Notes: generated by a model not told the origin, from the letters alone. Numbered from the stretch's first letter, positions 41,204 to 56,395 are shown. The stretch is 64,000 bases of DNA from Octopus vulgaris (GCA_951406725.2 OX597835.1:17732001-17796000); one strand, 5' to 3'. Translations and numbers: made by a program.

Positions 41204-41541
41204 AAATAAGAACACTCAGAGAACGCAGTCCTCCGCCAATGTGGCACCAGCGTCCTCTCATCGATAAGCCAGAGATGATTTTTTTTTTTTTATTGTGAAT
41301 TTCTGAAATAAACTCGACTGTTTGTGAAAACGAGAATATTAGAAATGAACTTGCCCGCTTTAAAAAAAACGTAAGTAAAAAAAAGAAAACAGGAAAAATA
41401 ATCCAGAATCCTTGTCCGGTACCAGTTCGTGCTGGTCACAAGACCAAACGTCCCTGAAAGTTTCAACAGAATCCATCCAGTGGTTTTTAAGCAAACACGA
41501 TTGAAAACAATACTTCCAACCATCGCTAAGGCGGAGATAAT
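41204..41541 (-). mobile_element. Helentron-associated (HINE/DINE-like) non-autonomous element
   Basis: Subterminal inverted repeat CTCCGCC / GGCGGAG, short terminal hairpin ACACTCAGAGAACGC, T-rich insertion site. Confidence 0.6.
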
Positions 41542-41978
41542 AAATAGACAAATAAATAAATAAATAAATAAATAAATAAAATAGCGCTTGTACAAATCTT
41601 GTCACAAACGATTCTAGACATGTGCCGAGATAAAAACACCGGCAAAATCTTCCTATCTTCATTGGAAGAAGGGAAAAATCCAGGATATTTTATCTTCAAA
41701 TATGTCTACGTTCTCTACTAGCCATTAATTTGCTACAGTAAAAACCTATTTCTTTCTCAGTACACACACACACACACATTTACTCGTATGCATACACATA
41801 CACACACACATATATACACACACGCGTTTTCACGTACATATACAGACTCACACTTATTGCATAGTGAACGAGGATCTGTAGTTGTGAATCTAGCGGCTGC
41901 AAATGCAGTGATCTGTTTATATTTTGAAATCATACCTAGCGATCTCAAAAGAACATAGGAGGAAGAGAGACAGAGAGA

Positions 41979-42009
<31 letters not shown>

Positions 42010-42354
42010 AGAGAGCAATACATATAGATACATAGATGGAGAATGACAGAGCGCGGGAGAGAACTACCGAGCTACACATCCGATAATATAATCTTGGTAC
42101 ACTACATCTGACAAAAGTAAACATAGAATGGTTTCGATTGAAATAGCTTTCCTCATCAGGATTTCGTCGCGATCGCTCAGTGACTGGTTTGAATTTCAGC
42201 AATTACAGAGTGAAGGATTAAAAATTGTCTGAGGACGAAGGAGAAATGACCGGGAGAAAGAGAAAGTGACGTCACGAAAGGAGGTAAAAATATAACCCTT
42301 GGACGTATCTTCATAACTAGAAATGACGTGTCGAAATAGCTTGTTGTTGTAAGG

Positions 42355-42590
42355 CACAAAATATATTTCTTTACTGCCCACAAGGGGCTAAACATAGAGG
42401 CGACAAACAAGGACAGACGAAGGGATTGAGTCGATTATATCGCCTCCAGTGCGAAACTGGTACTTTATTTATCGACCCCAAAAGGATGAAAGGCAAAGTT
42501 GACCTCGGCGGAATTTGAACTCAGAACGTAACGACAGACGAAATACCGCTAAGCATTTCGCCCGGCTTGCTAACGTGTCTGCCAACTCGC
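42355..42590 (-). mobile_element. SINE family A, single copy with long tail
   Basis: Reverse complement of the 15140-15365 unit. Confidence 0.85.
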
Positions 42591-43197
42591 GAGATGCGAT
42601 TGGCGACAATTTCACCGAGCCTCGGGTCACGGGAGACCAGCAACACCTCACAGTTGTAGCTACATGTAAGCTCCCCCAAACATCTGGCAAGGAAGTACTA
42701 CTACTGTACGGTCACTCTCAGCAAAGCGTCGTTTCTTCACCGCAGACCCGTAAGTAAAGTTGCTGATTTGAACACGCCGCTTACCGTGACGTCATTTCCT
42801 TCTCCTGCAGCCTTCGAGGCATCACTTTCTCTCACTTCCGGTCAGTTATTCTTCCTCCACAGTATCGAAATGAGAAAAAATTAAAAGAAACGAAAGAAAT
42901 GAGATAAAATCATGAATGAAATACACCACCGCATGCTGGCAGCAAAGTGGCGAGGGTCAGAATCGCTAGCGTGAGGACAAAATGTTTTGCGATATTGTAA
43001 ACAAAATCCTTAGCGTCGTATGTTCTGGTTTCAAATTGCACCAAGGTCAAATTTACTTTTTAGCCTGGAGGAAAATGAAGTAACAAACTCACCCTCGGAT
43101 GCAAATAAAATGAAGTACAGCCCAAGAACTGCAGTCGCTGGAACGAAACAATTTCTCTCTTCAGAAATGCGGGTCTTGAACCCGAATTACATATATA

Positions 43198-43611
43198 TAC
43201 TCTTTTACTCATTACTCTTTTACTTGTTTCAGTCATTTGACTGCGGCCATGCTGGAGCACCGCCTTTAGTCGAGCAAATCGATCCCAGGACTTTCTTCTT
43301 TGGAAGTCCAGCACTTATTCTATCAGTCACTTTTTGCCGAACCGCTAAGTCACGGGAACGTAAACACACCAGCATCGGTTGTCGAGCGATGTTGAGTGAC
43401 AAACACAGACACACAAACATATACATGCACATACATAAAAAATATGTACATATATATACGACGGGCTTCTTTCAGTTTCCGTCTACGAAATCCACTCACA
43501 AGGCTTTGGTCGGCCCGAGTCTATAGTAGAAGACACTTGCCCAAGGTGCCACGCAGTGGGAATGGACCCAGAAATATGAAGTTGGTAAGCAAGCTACTTA
43601 CCACACAGCCA
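43198..43611 (-). mobile_element. SINE family B, near full length
   Basis: High similarity to 17800-18228. Confidence 0.86.
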
Positions 43612-45199
43612 CACACACATACTCACACACAAACACACACACATATATATATGTAATGTCTGCGGAGAATCATTCTCTTTTAGTGCCTTATTAATTAATT
43701 AGTACACTCACCGGCTCGATTTCTACTCATTTACTTAATTATTTTTCACCTGTGTGTATGTGTGTGTGTGTATGTGTGTGTATGACAAGTCAAATTCTGA
43801 GATGGAGTGAGAGAGAGGAAGAGAGGGAGAGAGAGAGAATGAAATCGAGATGCGGGAAGGAGAGATAGATATTCGTAAGTCAATAGGTATCGATTTATCC
43901 GTGTGTACATTTCTTTTCGATTCTTCGTCTTCCCTTTACGCCAGTTACTAATAAAGAGGCTGGTTTCTGTCGGTAAACTCTACGTCAGCCCAGGTTTGCG
44001 ATAATCCGAAAATTACATCGTGTGTACATACGCGCGTGGTTGTATGTGGATAAGCTTGCACACATGCAGATCGTCTTTGTTCGTGTTATTTTAAGAATTC
44101 GTGCGTATCATTACTGTTCTTTTTTTGTATTCCGCTCCGTGTATATTCCACACGGTTGGAATATTTCAATGGTTGTATGTGTTCCACTGAGACGACACCT
44201 ATGGGGATCCTTGATAAATTTACATACACATTCACTGTGCAGAATTCACAGAATGAGATTCACTTTGCTCTGTTCGGTCTTAAAGACCCACAAGATATTT
44301 TCGTTTTGTCTACAAACCAGTTTTTATATAGCACAGTTTCTCCTATGGCAATGTTTACAACATTTACAAACAAAAATTTATCGTCTGGACATCATAGCTT
44401 TAAGTTATTGTCTTAGTTCTTCATAGGTGTTCTTCTCTTCCCCAATTTTAGATTAGACATTCAAATCCACCGGGGACTTGATCTCTACAGTAGGACATGA
44501 TCTCTGCTCCCTGTCCCATAGCGAAACGTCGACTCTATTGATTTACGTAGGTTTGCTGTTTTTATTGGAATGTTGCATCGGTAATCTTTATTTTTATGTA
44601 TGTATGTATGTATGTATGTATGTATGTATGTATGTATGTATGTATGTATGTATGTTTGGTTATGTATATGTGCTGGTGCTTGATGTGTATATGGCAGTAT
44701 ACACATTGTGTGTATGTGTGTGCTTGTCTCTGAATGTGATTATAATTGGAGGCTTGAATTATATATGAAGGTCTTTTGCGCGTACCTGTGTGTAATTCTC
44801 AGTATATGTATACATGCATACTCACACTCACACACACACATATATACACACACGCACATATACACACACACACACACACGCAAACACACACACGTACGCA
44901 CACACGCGTATTTTCAACTTCTATCTAAAGGCTTTCCAATATAATATTTGCATGATCTTATAGTGCTATGTACTTCGAGATCCAATTCCCTATAGATATG
45001 TATGTATAGTATTTTTTTAATCTTTTATCCTTTATATTTATGCAGTCATGTGAATGCGGCCATGTTGGAGTGCCACCGACCCCAGAATTTATTCTTTGTA
45101 AGTCTAGTACTACTTATTATGTAGATAGAGTTATATGCATACATACATACATACATACATATATACACATAAATATAGATGTATGCTGATTGATGATTT

Positions 45200-45408
45200 A
45201 CTGTTTTACTAGTTTCAGTCATTTGACTGTGGCCATGCTGGAGTACCGACTTTAGTCGAGCAAATCGACCCCAGGACATATTCTTTGTAAGCCTATTACT
45301 TATTCGATCGGTCTCTTTTGCCGAACCGCTAATGTTACGGGGACGTAAACACACCAGCATCGGTTGTCAAGCGATGTTGGAGGGACAAACACAGACACAC
45401 AAACATAT

Positions 45409-45483
<75 letters not shown>

Positions 45484-45553
45484 TACGACGGGCTTCTTTC
45501 AGGCTTTGGTCGGTCCGAGGCTATAGTAGAAGACACTTGTCCAAGGTGCCACG
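45200..45553 (-). mobile_element. SINE family B, head truncated
   Basis: Body and tail match. Further partial copies at ~16042(+), 18230(-), 27717(-), 46090(+), 46740(+), 51280(-), 57820(+), 60810(+) and 61070(-). Confidence 0.82.
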
Positions 45554-45959
45554 TGTAGTTGGGGATTTTGTATGAATTTGAATTCATGCAGAGGAAAGGA
45601 AAGAAAGGAGAAGGAAATAAAGAGAAAGAGAAGGAGAGAGAGAGAGGGAGATAGAAAGGGAGAGAAAGAAAGAGAAGAGAGAAATGGAAAGAGATTAAGG
45701 TGTTAATCAGAAGATATTAGTGAAAGTCTATGCTAAGACATTTCCAAAGAGACAGAAATACGAAGAGAAAAGGAAGGAAGAATTGTTTGGAATCAATATT
45801 TGGACTACGAGCAGTGCTAAAGCCATTTTCTTTATCTTTGGTTAAGTAATTGTTGCCGTTGGTTCTGTGACATTGACACTCTGAGACAATCCCTCATTTG
45901 CATGTCAAACAGACGCGAATGCTGTTGGACACGTCCCTTCATTTATGCATACATATACA

Positions 45960-45994
<35 letters not shown>

Positions 45995-46233
45995 TTATAT
46001 ATATATAAACACCCTCCCATACACACACATATACACAAACACGCGAATACGTATATATATACATATGCATTTATATATTTGTATTTATAGGCACAAGCGT
46101 GGCTGTGTGGTAAGAAGTTTGCATCCGAACAACTGCATGGCGCTCCGGGTTCAGTTCCACTGAAAAACACACACACACACACGCATACATACATACATAC
46201 ATACATACATACACACACACACGCATACATACA

Positions 46234-46265
<32 letters not shown>

Positions 46266-46270
46266 CGTAC

Positions 46271-46324
<54 letters not shown>

Positions 46325-46458
46325 TGTATAAGAAATATATATAAAAATACAAAATGGGACAAGAACGCAAAATACTCAAATAGACGACACAAAAAACGGA
46401 CGGATCATTCGAAGCCTCTAATTTTCAGTCAAGAACCGGATCATCCTCGCAATTTCGG

Positions 46459-46516
<58 letters not shown>

Positions 46517-46657
46517 TGAATTAGAGATAAAACCACTATTAGGCAAATCAAACAATGAAAAACTTAACCCAATACATAAAATTAATTAATTTATATTATT
46601 TTAAATATATCAAAATCTGATTTTTCCCTGTAAGTTTGGATTTATTCCCTAATATTT

Positions 46658-46707
<50 letters not shown>

Positions 46708-47096
46708 TCTTTCTCTTTACTCTTTTACTAGTTTCAGTCATTCGGTAACAGAGACCGATAGAATAAGTACTATGCTTACAAGGAATAAGTACTGGTTTAG
46801 ATTTGCTCGACTAAAGGCGGTGCTCCAGCATGGCCAAAGTCAAATGACTAAAACAAGTAAAACAGTAATAGAGTAAAAGGGTATGTGAATTAAATGGTAA
46901 TTTAAAATTTTGATAATTTCTTCAATTACAGGATTTCCTTTCCTTTAATCTTCTCTCTGTTTCTTTCAAGATAAGATGTATTTTTTATTCCTGTATTATT
47001 CATTTTCATATATCCATTCTCTTTCTTTCCGCCTTTGTATTTCTAATTTTTTATTTTGTCTTTTTTTTAGCTTCTTTTGTCTTCTATGTGTTTTGT

Positions 47097-47480
47097 GTGG
47101 AGGCGCAATGGCCAAGTGGTTAGGGCAGCGGACTCGCGGTCATAGGATCGCGGTTTCGATTCCCAGACCGGGCGTTGTGAGTGTTTATTGAGCGAAAACA
47201 CCTAAAAGCCCCACGAGGCTCCGGCAGGGGATGGTGGTGATCCCTGCTGTACTCTTTCACCACAACTTTCTCTCACTCTTACTTCCTGTTTCTGTTGTAC
47301 CTGTATTTCAAAGGGCCGGCCTTGTCACTCTCTGTGTCACGCTGAATATCCCCGAGAACTACGTTAAGAGTGCACGTGTCCGTGGAGTACTCAGCCACTT
47401 ACACGTTAATTTCACGAGCAGGCTGTTCCGTTGATTCGAATCAACCGGAACCCTCGTCGTCGTAACTAACAGAGTGCTTC
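47097..47480 (+). mobile_element. tRNA-derived SINE family C
   Basis: GGAGGCGCAATGGCCAAGTGGTTAGGGCAGCGGACTCGCGGTC..GGTTTCGATTCC head (A/B boxes), then TTGAGCGAAAACACCTAAA body. Confidence 0.85.
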
Positions 47481-47772
47481 CATGTGTTTTGTACCGGGAA
47501 TGCACATAACAACTCATTCATCTTTCACTCTAAAATTTTCCAGATATTTTACTCCGTCAATGTTTTAGTTTACTTATATAGTTATTCATTAAGGCGATCT
47601 CTTAATCCACCCGTGTAATGTATGTATATATGCATGTATGTATGTATCCATATATCATATATATCTCTATCTACCAAATTACCACTCTGCCATTTATTTG
47701 TGCACACATACACAGACATGCAGACACACACACACACACACACACACACGCAATGCACATATACACGCAAAC

Positions 47773-47856
<84 letters not shown>

Positions 47857-47870
47857 CTCTCTCTCCCCGC

Positions 47871-47917
<47 letters not shown>

Positions 47918-48044
47918 CATACATACATACATATATCTGTAATATATGTATGTGTGTGTATTGAATATGTATATATCTATATATATATTTATATATATGT
48001 ATATATACATATTTATATATATGTATATATACATATATTATATA

Positions 48045-48113
<69 letters not shown>

Positions 48114-48603
48114 GTACATATATATAAATACACACGCACTCACACACTCGCACACACATATATATCATTCGGTAGCAAACATTTCAAATAAGCTGCATGT
48201 AAGACTTCTCTCTCTCTCTCTGTCTCTCTCTCTCTCCCTTACACTTTCACTTTCGCTCTCTCCCTACCTTGTTTCAAAGTAAATAACTAATTTGTCCTAT
48301 CCCGGAAGCCATTCATTCACCACTCCCCTCTTCTCGCACAATCCCTCCACCTAGTCATGAATCCATCCCCCCCCATCCGTCAATGCTGACAAATACCAGC
48401 CCCTCCGTTCTTTCATTTGTCTGTCAGTCAAACGAACCCCCTCACCATCCATCAACATCTTCGACACAAGTCGGCATCTATCAACCCAATAACAATTTCA
48501 TCAATCAATCAGTCAAGTAAAGAGATCGACTAATGAACATACTGCATTAAATCCTTACAAGGAGCTATGCACATACCTCTTCATACACACATATGTATAT
48601 GTA

Positions 48604-48719
<116 letters not shown>

Positions 48720-48772
48720 CATGCATATACTTATATGTATATATACATACATATACATGCATATATTTATAG

Positions 48773-48827
<55 letters not shown>

Positions 48828-48926
48828 CACACTCATATGGATGTGTGTCTATGCGTGTGTATGTACATACATATACATGCTTGCCGTATTTGTGTGTATG
48901 AATGTATATGTATATATATATATGTA

Positions 48927-49005
<79 letters not shown>

Positions 49006-49072
49006 TGAGAGAGAGAAGGAGATGTTTGTTAGTGTATATGCATAAATACATTCATACATATATACATACATT

Positions 49073-49143
<71 letters not shown>

Positions 49144-49171
49144 ATATATATACATACATATATATATATAA

Positions 49172-49244
<73 letters not shown>

Positions 49245-49734
49245 CATATACACATGAGAAAAAGTAAAGATACAGGGAAAAGGATGGTTATGTTATGAAC
49301 TTTCATTTACTTAGAGCTGTTCCCGCTATTAGAAGCATTCTATTATTCTTAATCGCGTGCTTGAATAACATCCCATAGTCCTCGACTATGAAGTGAAATT
49401 TATTTGGGGAAAAAAAAGAATTTTATTTTTGCAATATAGTGAGAAGGCATTATCAGTGTGAAAGTTATTGCTGATATATACATAAAAAAGGTGTATGTCC
49501 AAAGGCTAATTAGATTCGATAATAGAAAAATTTTGAAAAGACAGAATAAATATATGTACATATAACCACGTGTTCATACTCGAAAAACAAAAAAAGAACG
49601 CAGACTCAGCAAATTATAAAAAATCAAATGTAAATATATATTAAAATAATAGGGCATCTAATGGTAAAAGCCAGCAGTATAAAATATACACATTTACACG
49701 AATAAAAGGTGATAAAACCTGAAAGGGTAATACG

Positions 49735-49955
49735 AGAAACGTTAAAATGCCGGGGGAAATGCGTAGCCGTATTTCGTCTGCCGTTACGTTGTGAGTTCAA
49801 ATTTCGCCAAGGTCCACTTTGCCTTTCATCCTTTCGGGGTCGATAAATTAAGTACCAGTTACGCACTGGGGTCAATGTAATCGACTTAATACCTATGTTT
49901 GTCCTTGTTTGTCCCCTCTGTGTTTAGCCCCTTGTGGGTAATAAAGAAATAGGTA
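49735..49955 (+). mobile_element. SINE family A, single copy with long tail
   Basis: Matches the 15140-15365 unit. Confidence 0.85.
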
Positions 49956-51527
49956 ATACGAGTGAAGTCGAATGAAGAAAAATATATGGAATAACTTCAT
50001 GCATAATAAAGGCGACTAAAAATTTAAGGCAATGGAGCTGAAAGAATATAAATATATACAAAAATATAAGAGCCATGTGGTTGGGAAACAAGATTCTTAA
50101 TACACAGCCACGTCTGCGTGATTAACTAGGATATCCGAGACCCCTTGGCTCACCGTGGAGGTGAGTTTCCCAGTAACGGAGTTTTGTTTCCTGGGTTTTT
50201 TTTCTCTTCCATACTATTTCGCATGCTTTCAACGAATGTGACATCGAAATCATGCTAAACGGCTCCTTTCACCAGAAAAAAATAAGATTTGGCTGCGATT
50301 TCTTGCACGCCCTGCTACCAGGTAACAGGTTTTTTGGGTCCTTTATCGTAAATAGATGTTACGTGGAGCCAGGGCGTGCTAGAAATATCAGCCAAATTTT
50401 GGAGGTGAGATACGTTGGATGCACTCGAAAGAAACCTATGGAAAAAAATCTATTTCACACCTACATTACGAACGGGTCTTTTACGAAATATTTACCGTCA
50501 TTTTCACTTTAAAATATTTTGCCTACCATAATGAATCTACTGGAAAATTTAGAGTTTCTTCCCTTTCAGTGTGAAATTATTTTCGGAATATTTTTGATTA
50601 TGCAAAATTTTGGGTATTTATACCACAAAACCACGAATATCACAATAATTACTGGTTCGATTTACACGAAATTTGTTTTATTACGTTCGTATTCACATTT
50701 CTGGGGCGGTTTAATTTCAAATTATTTTCCTATTATGCGCCAGTTTGGCTGTGTAACATTGCAAGCAAGCAAGATTAATAGTTTATAGATTATTAGAAAA
50801 TTAAGATTAGTAGTCATTAAATAATCTAATAATCTTTGCTAAAACATAAAATATTCTGCAGTCATATACTATCACAAACGTGAAATAAAATGCCTTGCTC
50901 AATGTCTTGCTCAAAACAGCACAAAGTCTGGTCCAGGTATTGAAATTAGAACCTCACGATTGTATGTCAGGCGCTCTGACCACTTAGCCAAGCGCCTTCA
51001 CAAATACGCACACAAACATCTCAAAAGTAATGACATCGGAAAAAAATAAATGTCGTCCGATATAGTCAAATACTTAATCTAGTATTTAGTAGAAATGCCA
51101 TGTGATAATACATTGCTTTCAAATGTTGGTAGACGGACAAGAAGATCGGGGGAACCCAGCACGCAACAGGGACTTTAAGGGATCCCGAAAGGATTAATAT
51201 CAAAGTCAACCCCGGCGGGATTTAAACTCAGAAAGTAAGGTCGGGTGAAATGCTGCTGAGCATTTTCCTCAAAGAACTTGTTTCAGCTTCCAGTTTCGTC
51301 TACGGAATCCACTTTCAAAGCTTTGGTAGGCCCCAGGGTTTAGCAGAAGACACTTACCTGAGGTAAAATGAATTGGGACTGAACCCAGGAACATGTGTTT
51401 GGGAAGCAAGCTTCCTGCCACTCAGGCTCTCGTTGAAATTGGTTCAGTAGAAAGAGACTTCTTAGGAATACGTATGTAATAATCAATAGAAATATTTTTA
51501 TAATTCAAAAGAGAGACATATCAAAGA

Positions 51528-51562
<35 letters not shown>

Positions 51563-51564
51563 AG

Positions 51565-51736
<172 letters not shown>

Positions 51737-51938
51737 GTGCATCAATGCATATAATAATATACATCTATATATGTTCATAAAGAGAGATACGGACACACAT
51801 GCATGTGTTAAATATACGCACACGCGTGTGTGTGCTACACACGCACACACACACATTGACATGCATATATGTATGCGAGCGTATATAAATAGCAATACAG
51901 TAATATATATATATATATATGTTTAGATGTATATATGC

Positions 51939-51972
<34 letters not shown>

Positions 51973-51997
51973 TAAGATGTATATATGCATATACATT

Positions 51998-52031
<34 letters not shown>

Positions 52032-52535
52032 GACACACATATATATGCACAAATATGTAGACATATCAATTCACACATATGTGGCAGTGCGTGTGTGTCT
52101 GTGTCTATGTGTGTGTATGTGTACGTGTGCATATGCATACATGTTTACCTCATATGATACCTGCAGCTGCACATAATGCAAACAACGTAGCGTCAATCCA
52201 ATGTATTTCCAACGATTCCATGCAGTCATAGCTACAGGGCGTTCTATATCTGAAATATCAAACAATGAGTTGATATTAATTACACATTTCACTGTACAGC
52301 ATAGGAATTAGAGTCGGTAGCTTCTAGTCCAACAACACAGTAGAGGGAACCGCATACCTATCTATCTATGTATATATATATATATAGTACATTTATGTAT
52401 CTTTGTGTGTAAGTATGTCTGTATTTATGCACATATATATTTATATATATATGAATATATAGATATATTTACATATATGCATACATACGCATATATGTAC
52501 ACATATTCTTATATTCATACATATATATGCAAGTG

Positions 52536-52579
<44 letters not shown>

Positions 52580-52822
52580 GTCTCTGTATGTGTGCCTCCT
52601 AATACAATATTTACACACTTTTACATGAATACTTTTATGTACATATATATATACATACAAGCATATGTATATATATAAATATATGCACAGACATATATAT
52701 ATAAACATATAATATATATATATATATATATAGTATATACATATACACATATATACACATAGCAGTATGTCTTATGCAAGGCACCTATATTTTCATGTAA
52801 GTACATGTATATGTGTGTATAC

Positions 52823-52896
<74 letters not shown>

Positions 52897-52989
52897 AGGA
52901 TTGTAGATATGCATACATATATATGCAAACATATATATGAATACCGATATATATTATGTGGTGTAAATATTCTTTCATGTAAACACATA

Positions 52990-53041
<52 letters not shown>

Positions 53042-53125
53042 ATGTACACACATATATGTACATACCAATATATGTTATATAATGTACATATATTTTCATG
53101 TAAGTACATGTAAATGTGTGTTTAA

Positions 53126-53170
<45 letters not shown>

Positions 53171-53652
53171 TATGAAGGAATGCATGTATATTCGTATGGT
53201 TATATGCATAATGGTTTGTTAATTATATGTTAGAGTTCCTTTCAACTCATTGCCGTTCATAAATCGTGCAAGTTAAGTTGGTACACATTACATATTACAG
53301 CATGTCTGAGGAGGGGAAATAAAGACATCCGAATGAGATGAGTGCAGTTAATGTTCAGTTACGTTTTAAGTCGTGATCAGGGAATTTGGAAAAGAGGTAA
53401 TTATAGAGAGAAGTGTATAGAGAAAAGGAGTGTGCATGTACGAAGAAGGGAGATAGAAGGTGAGAATGAGAGAGAGAGAAAGAGAGAGAGAGAAAGAAGA
53501 GAGAGAGAGAGAGAAGAGAGACTGAGTGAAGGATCTAACCTGAACATCTGTACGAAACAAACGGAAACGTTAGTGATCGATAGTGATTCGTATTAATGTT
53601 GAAATAAAACGAACCCCCGGAACATCAGGAAAGCTGTGGCTTTGATCGTAGA

Positions 53653-53771
<119 letters not shown>

Positions 53772-54402
53772 AAGAGGGAGAATGAAGGAGAGAGATAAAG
53801 AGAGAAAGTAAGTTAGTGACAGAGAGTTACAGACATACATACAGACGAGCACAAAGACAGATAGAGTTCGTAAGGCTTTGGTTGTCAGGAAGAAATATAG
53901 GGCAAGTTTGAAAGATATAAGATGAAAATATTTGAGAGATATAAGAGATATAATATACTGAAGATGACGTGTGAGTACTGAATAGTATCTCTATAGTGAA
54001 AATACAGGATTGCCTACATAAAATATGAAGACTGATATACATAGTAAAGTAGTCGTGGTTTTGGCCGAGTTGGCTGCTATTCCTAGTATGTAAAAATTAC
54101 CTGTTAAAGGGTAGTTTTCTTTTGTGTTTAAATGTACTCTATTTTAAAATATGAATATGTTGTCTATTGACTATTTATACATGCTAGACCACTGGTGGTG
54201 ATATTTATAACGAATATTTGCTACCATATATATGTATCGTATGTATATATATATATATAATTATTATTTGTAGGAATAAAATCCAAACTTACAAGGAAAA
54301 AGAATTCAATTTAGAGATACTAAATCAAATTCCACACAATATAATATATATATATGTATATAAAATATTAGAAAAAAGCCTTTTATCAACTTAAAATGAA
54401 TA

Positions 54403-54600
54403 ATTAAATTACACCATCTAGAAAATTACATATAATGGAAAAGTTAAAATTAGAATAACAATTAAAAAGTAAATTACAAAAATACTACCTATTATATACA
54501 TTATATTATTTTTGTAATTTACTTCATCTTTACTTTTTAATTGTTATTTTGATTTTAACTTTTCTATTATATGTGATTTTTCTAGATGGTGTAATTTAAT
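54403..54600. repeat. AT-rich palindrome with ~80-90-bp arms
   Basis: ATTAAATTACACCATCTAGAAAA..AAAAAGTAAA is mirrored by TTTACTTTTT..TTTTCTAGATGGTGTAATTTAAT. Confidence 0.8.
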
Positions 54601-56244
54601 ACTTGCGGTAAGAAAGGGGTCAGGTTCTTATACTTTTAAGTCTTTAAATAAAAGGATTCCTCAGAGAATTTAAATTTCAACGACAGACCAGTCACCGGTT
54701 TATTTCCCATCGATACCCCAAGGCTAGATAACCTTTTGCTTTGCAGTAACTAATGATATCTATCCGGGTTCTTTCCAACCACTACTCAAACACTTCCTTT
54801 ACCGTTACAAGACTCATGCTTGAGCGCTCTCTCTTAAACTAGCTGTGATAAAGCCGTTCTCTCTGCACACCCTAAGGTACACAGATCCGAAATCCCTCTG
54901 CAGCTTTCAGTGGTCACTGGAAGTAGAATGATTTTTCATAGCAGAAGAGCATCCAACATTTCTAGAATGAACTGCTTAACAAATATACTTGACAAATCCA
55001 CTTACACGTAATATGATACGGTATAACGCAATATAGAATATTATAATAAAAATATATTATACTATAATAAAACAGCATATATATTGTATATATATGTGTG
55101 TCTGTATTAGTCCGAGCGTGTACACACACACAATTACACGCACGCACACATCAACACACACACAATTACACGCACGCACACATCAATACACACACAATTA
55201 CACGCACGCACACATCAACACACACACACATTACTGGAGATGTGCAACTGTGATATTTGTGTCCTGGAAACCCAGAAAGACGGGTGGAAAATTGGACGAC
55301 GGATGAAATGGTGTTTGAACTCAGAGTCAGAGAGAAAAAAACGGGGAGAAAATATATGGATAGATAGATAAATTGATAGATAAATAAATAGATAGATAGG
55401 GATAGAGAGAGATAGAAAGAGAAAGAGAGAAAGTGTGTGAGATAGAGATAAATAGATAGAGAGAGAGACAGAGATATAGAGTGAGATAGATGTGGAGTGA
55501 TAGATAGATAGATAGACAGAGAGTGCAATAGAAAGAGAGAGTGAGAGAGACGATGGGCGACATTTTTATATTCCCCTTTGGAGTTGCACCTATCTCCCTC
55601 ACCTCTCGTGGTGTTTCAGCGTGGTTATAAAAGTAATAATGAAGATAATGGTTCTGAGTTGGAAATGTAATAGCTTGAAATACACAATAAAACATAATCA
55701 TTTCAAAAACAATAGAGAAACAACAATAACAATCACAGAATCAGCAACGAAAATAAAGCAGACGACAATGTCGGCGACGACGATGGCAAGGGTGGGGGCG
55801 AACTGAGACACACAAAGAAAAAAAAACATCGTAAAAAAACATCGTAACAGCCACGCTAACAAGAAGGCTAACAACAGCTACAACAACGACGACAATTTCT
55901 ACAAATATCACTAAATAGATAAATGGCAATAAGATGTAATCGAATTGAAAGAAAAAAAAAATATTATTGCACAAAAGAATCTTGTACAATACAGTGCAAG
56001 AAAAAGGAGTAATGGCAATACATTTCTTTGCCGAACGGAGACCAATTTTTGGTTAGTTGATTGCTGGATAACCTAATCGATCAATGAAAAACACGTGTCT
56101 AAGGTGAGACAATAAGGAATTAAAAAAACAAGACAAAAGAAAAAAAACAAAATTTATATTGATATATAAATAAAAAAAAATATTTTAAAAATACGCCAAA
56201 AAAAAATTGAAGAAAAAAACCGAATGAAGCAGTCGGCCATTTTA

Positions 56245-56288
<44 letters not shown>

Positions 56289-56395
56289 ATGATAATAATA
56301 ATAATAATAATGATAATAATAATAACAATAATAATAAAAATAATAATAACAACAACAATAATGATAATAATAATAATAATAATAACGACAATAAC

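Noticed and set aside
44022-44426. Non-repetitive ORFs of 86-134 aa
   Set aside because: No recognisable motif or convincing splice sites.
47097-47180. tRNA gene candidates (also 39640-39720 and 63150-63215)
   Set aside because: A/B boxes are present but there is no proper acceptor stem. The first two continue into SINE bodies and the third is a decayed head.
50287-50398. ~30-bp imperfect inverted repeat
   Set aside because: The arms are copies of a common repeat motif (GCTAGAAATA..AGCCAAAT) with ordinary mismatches.
53305-53340. CUGAGGAG...CCGAAU hammerhead-like string
   Set aside because: GAAU instead of GAAA and no stem I or III pairing.
54760-54995. Possible GIY-YIG C-terminal relic on the minus strand (SSAMKNHSTSSDH..LRES)
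   Set aside because: Similarity is too weak to call without a profile search.
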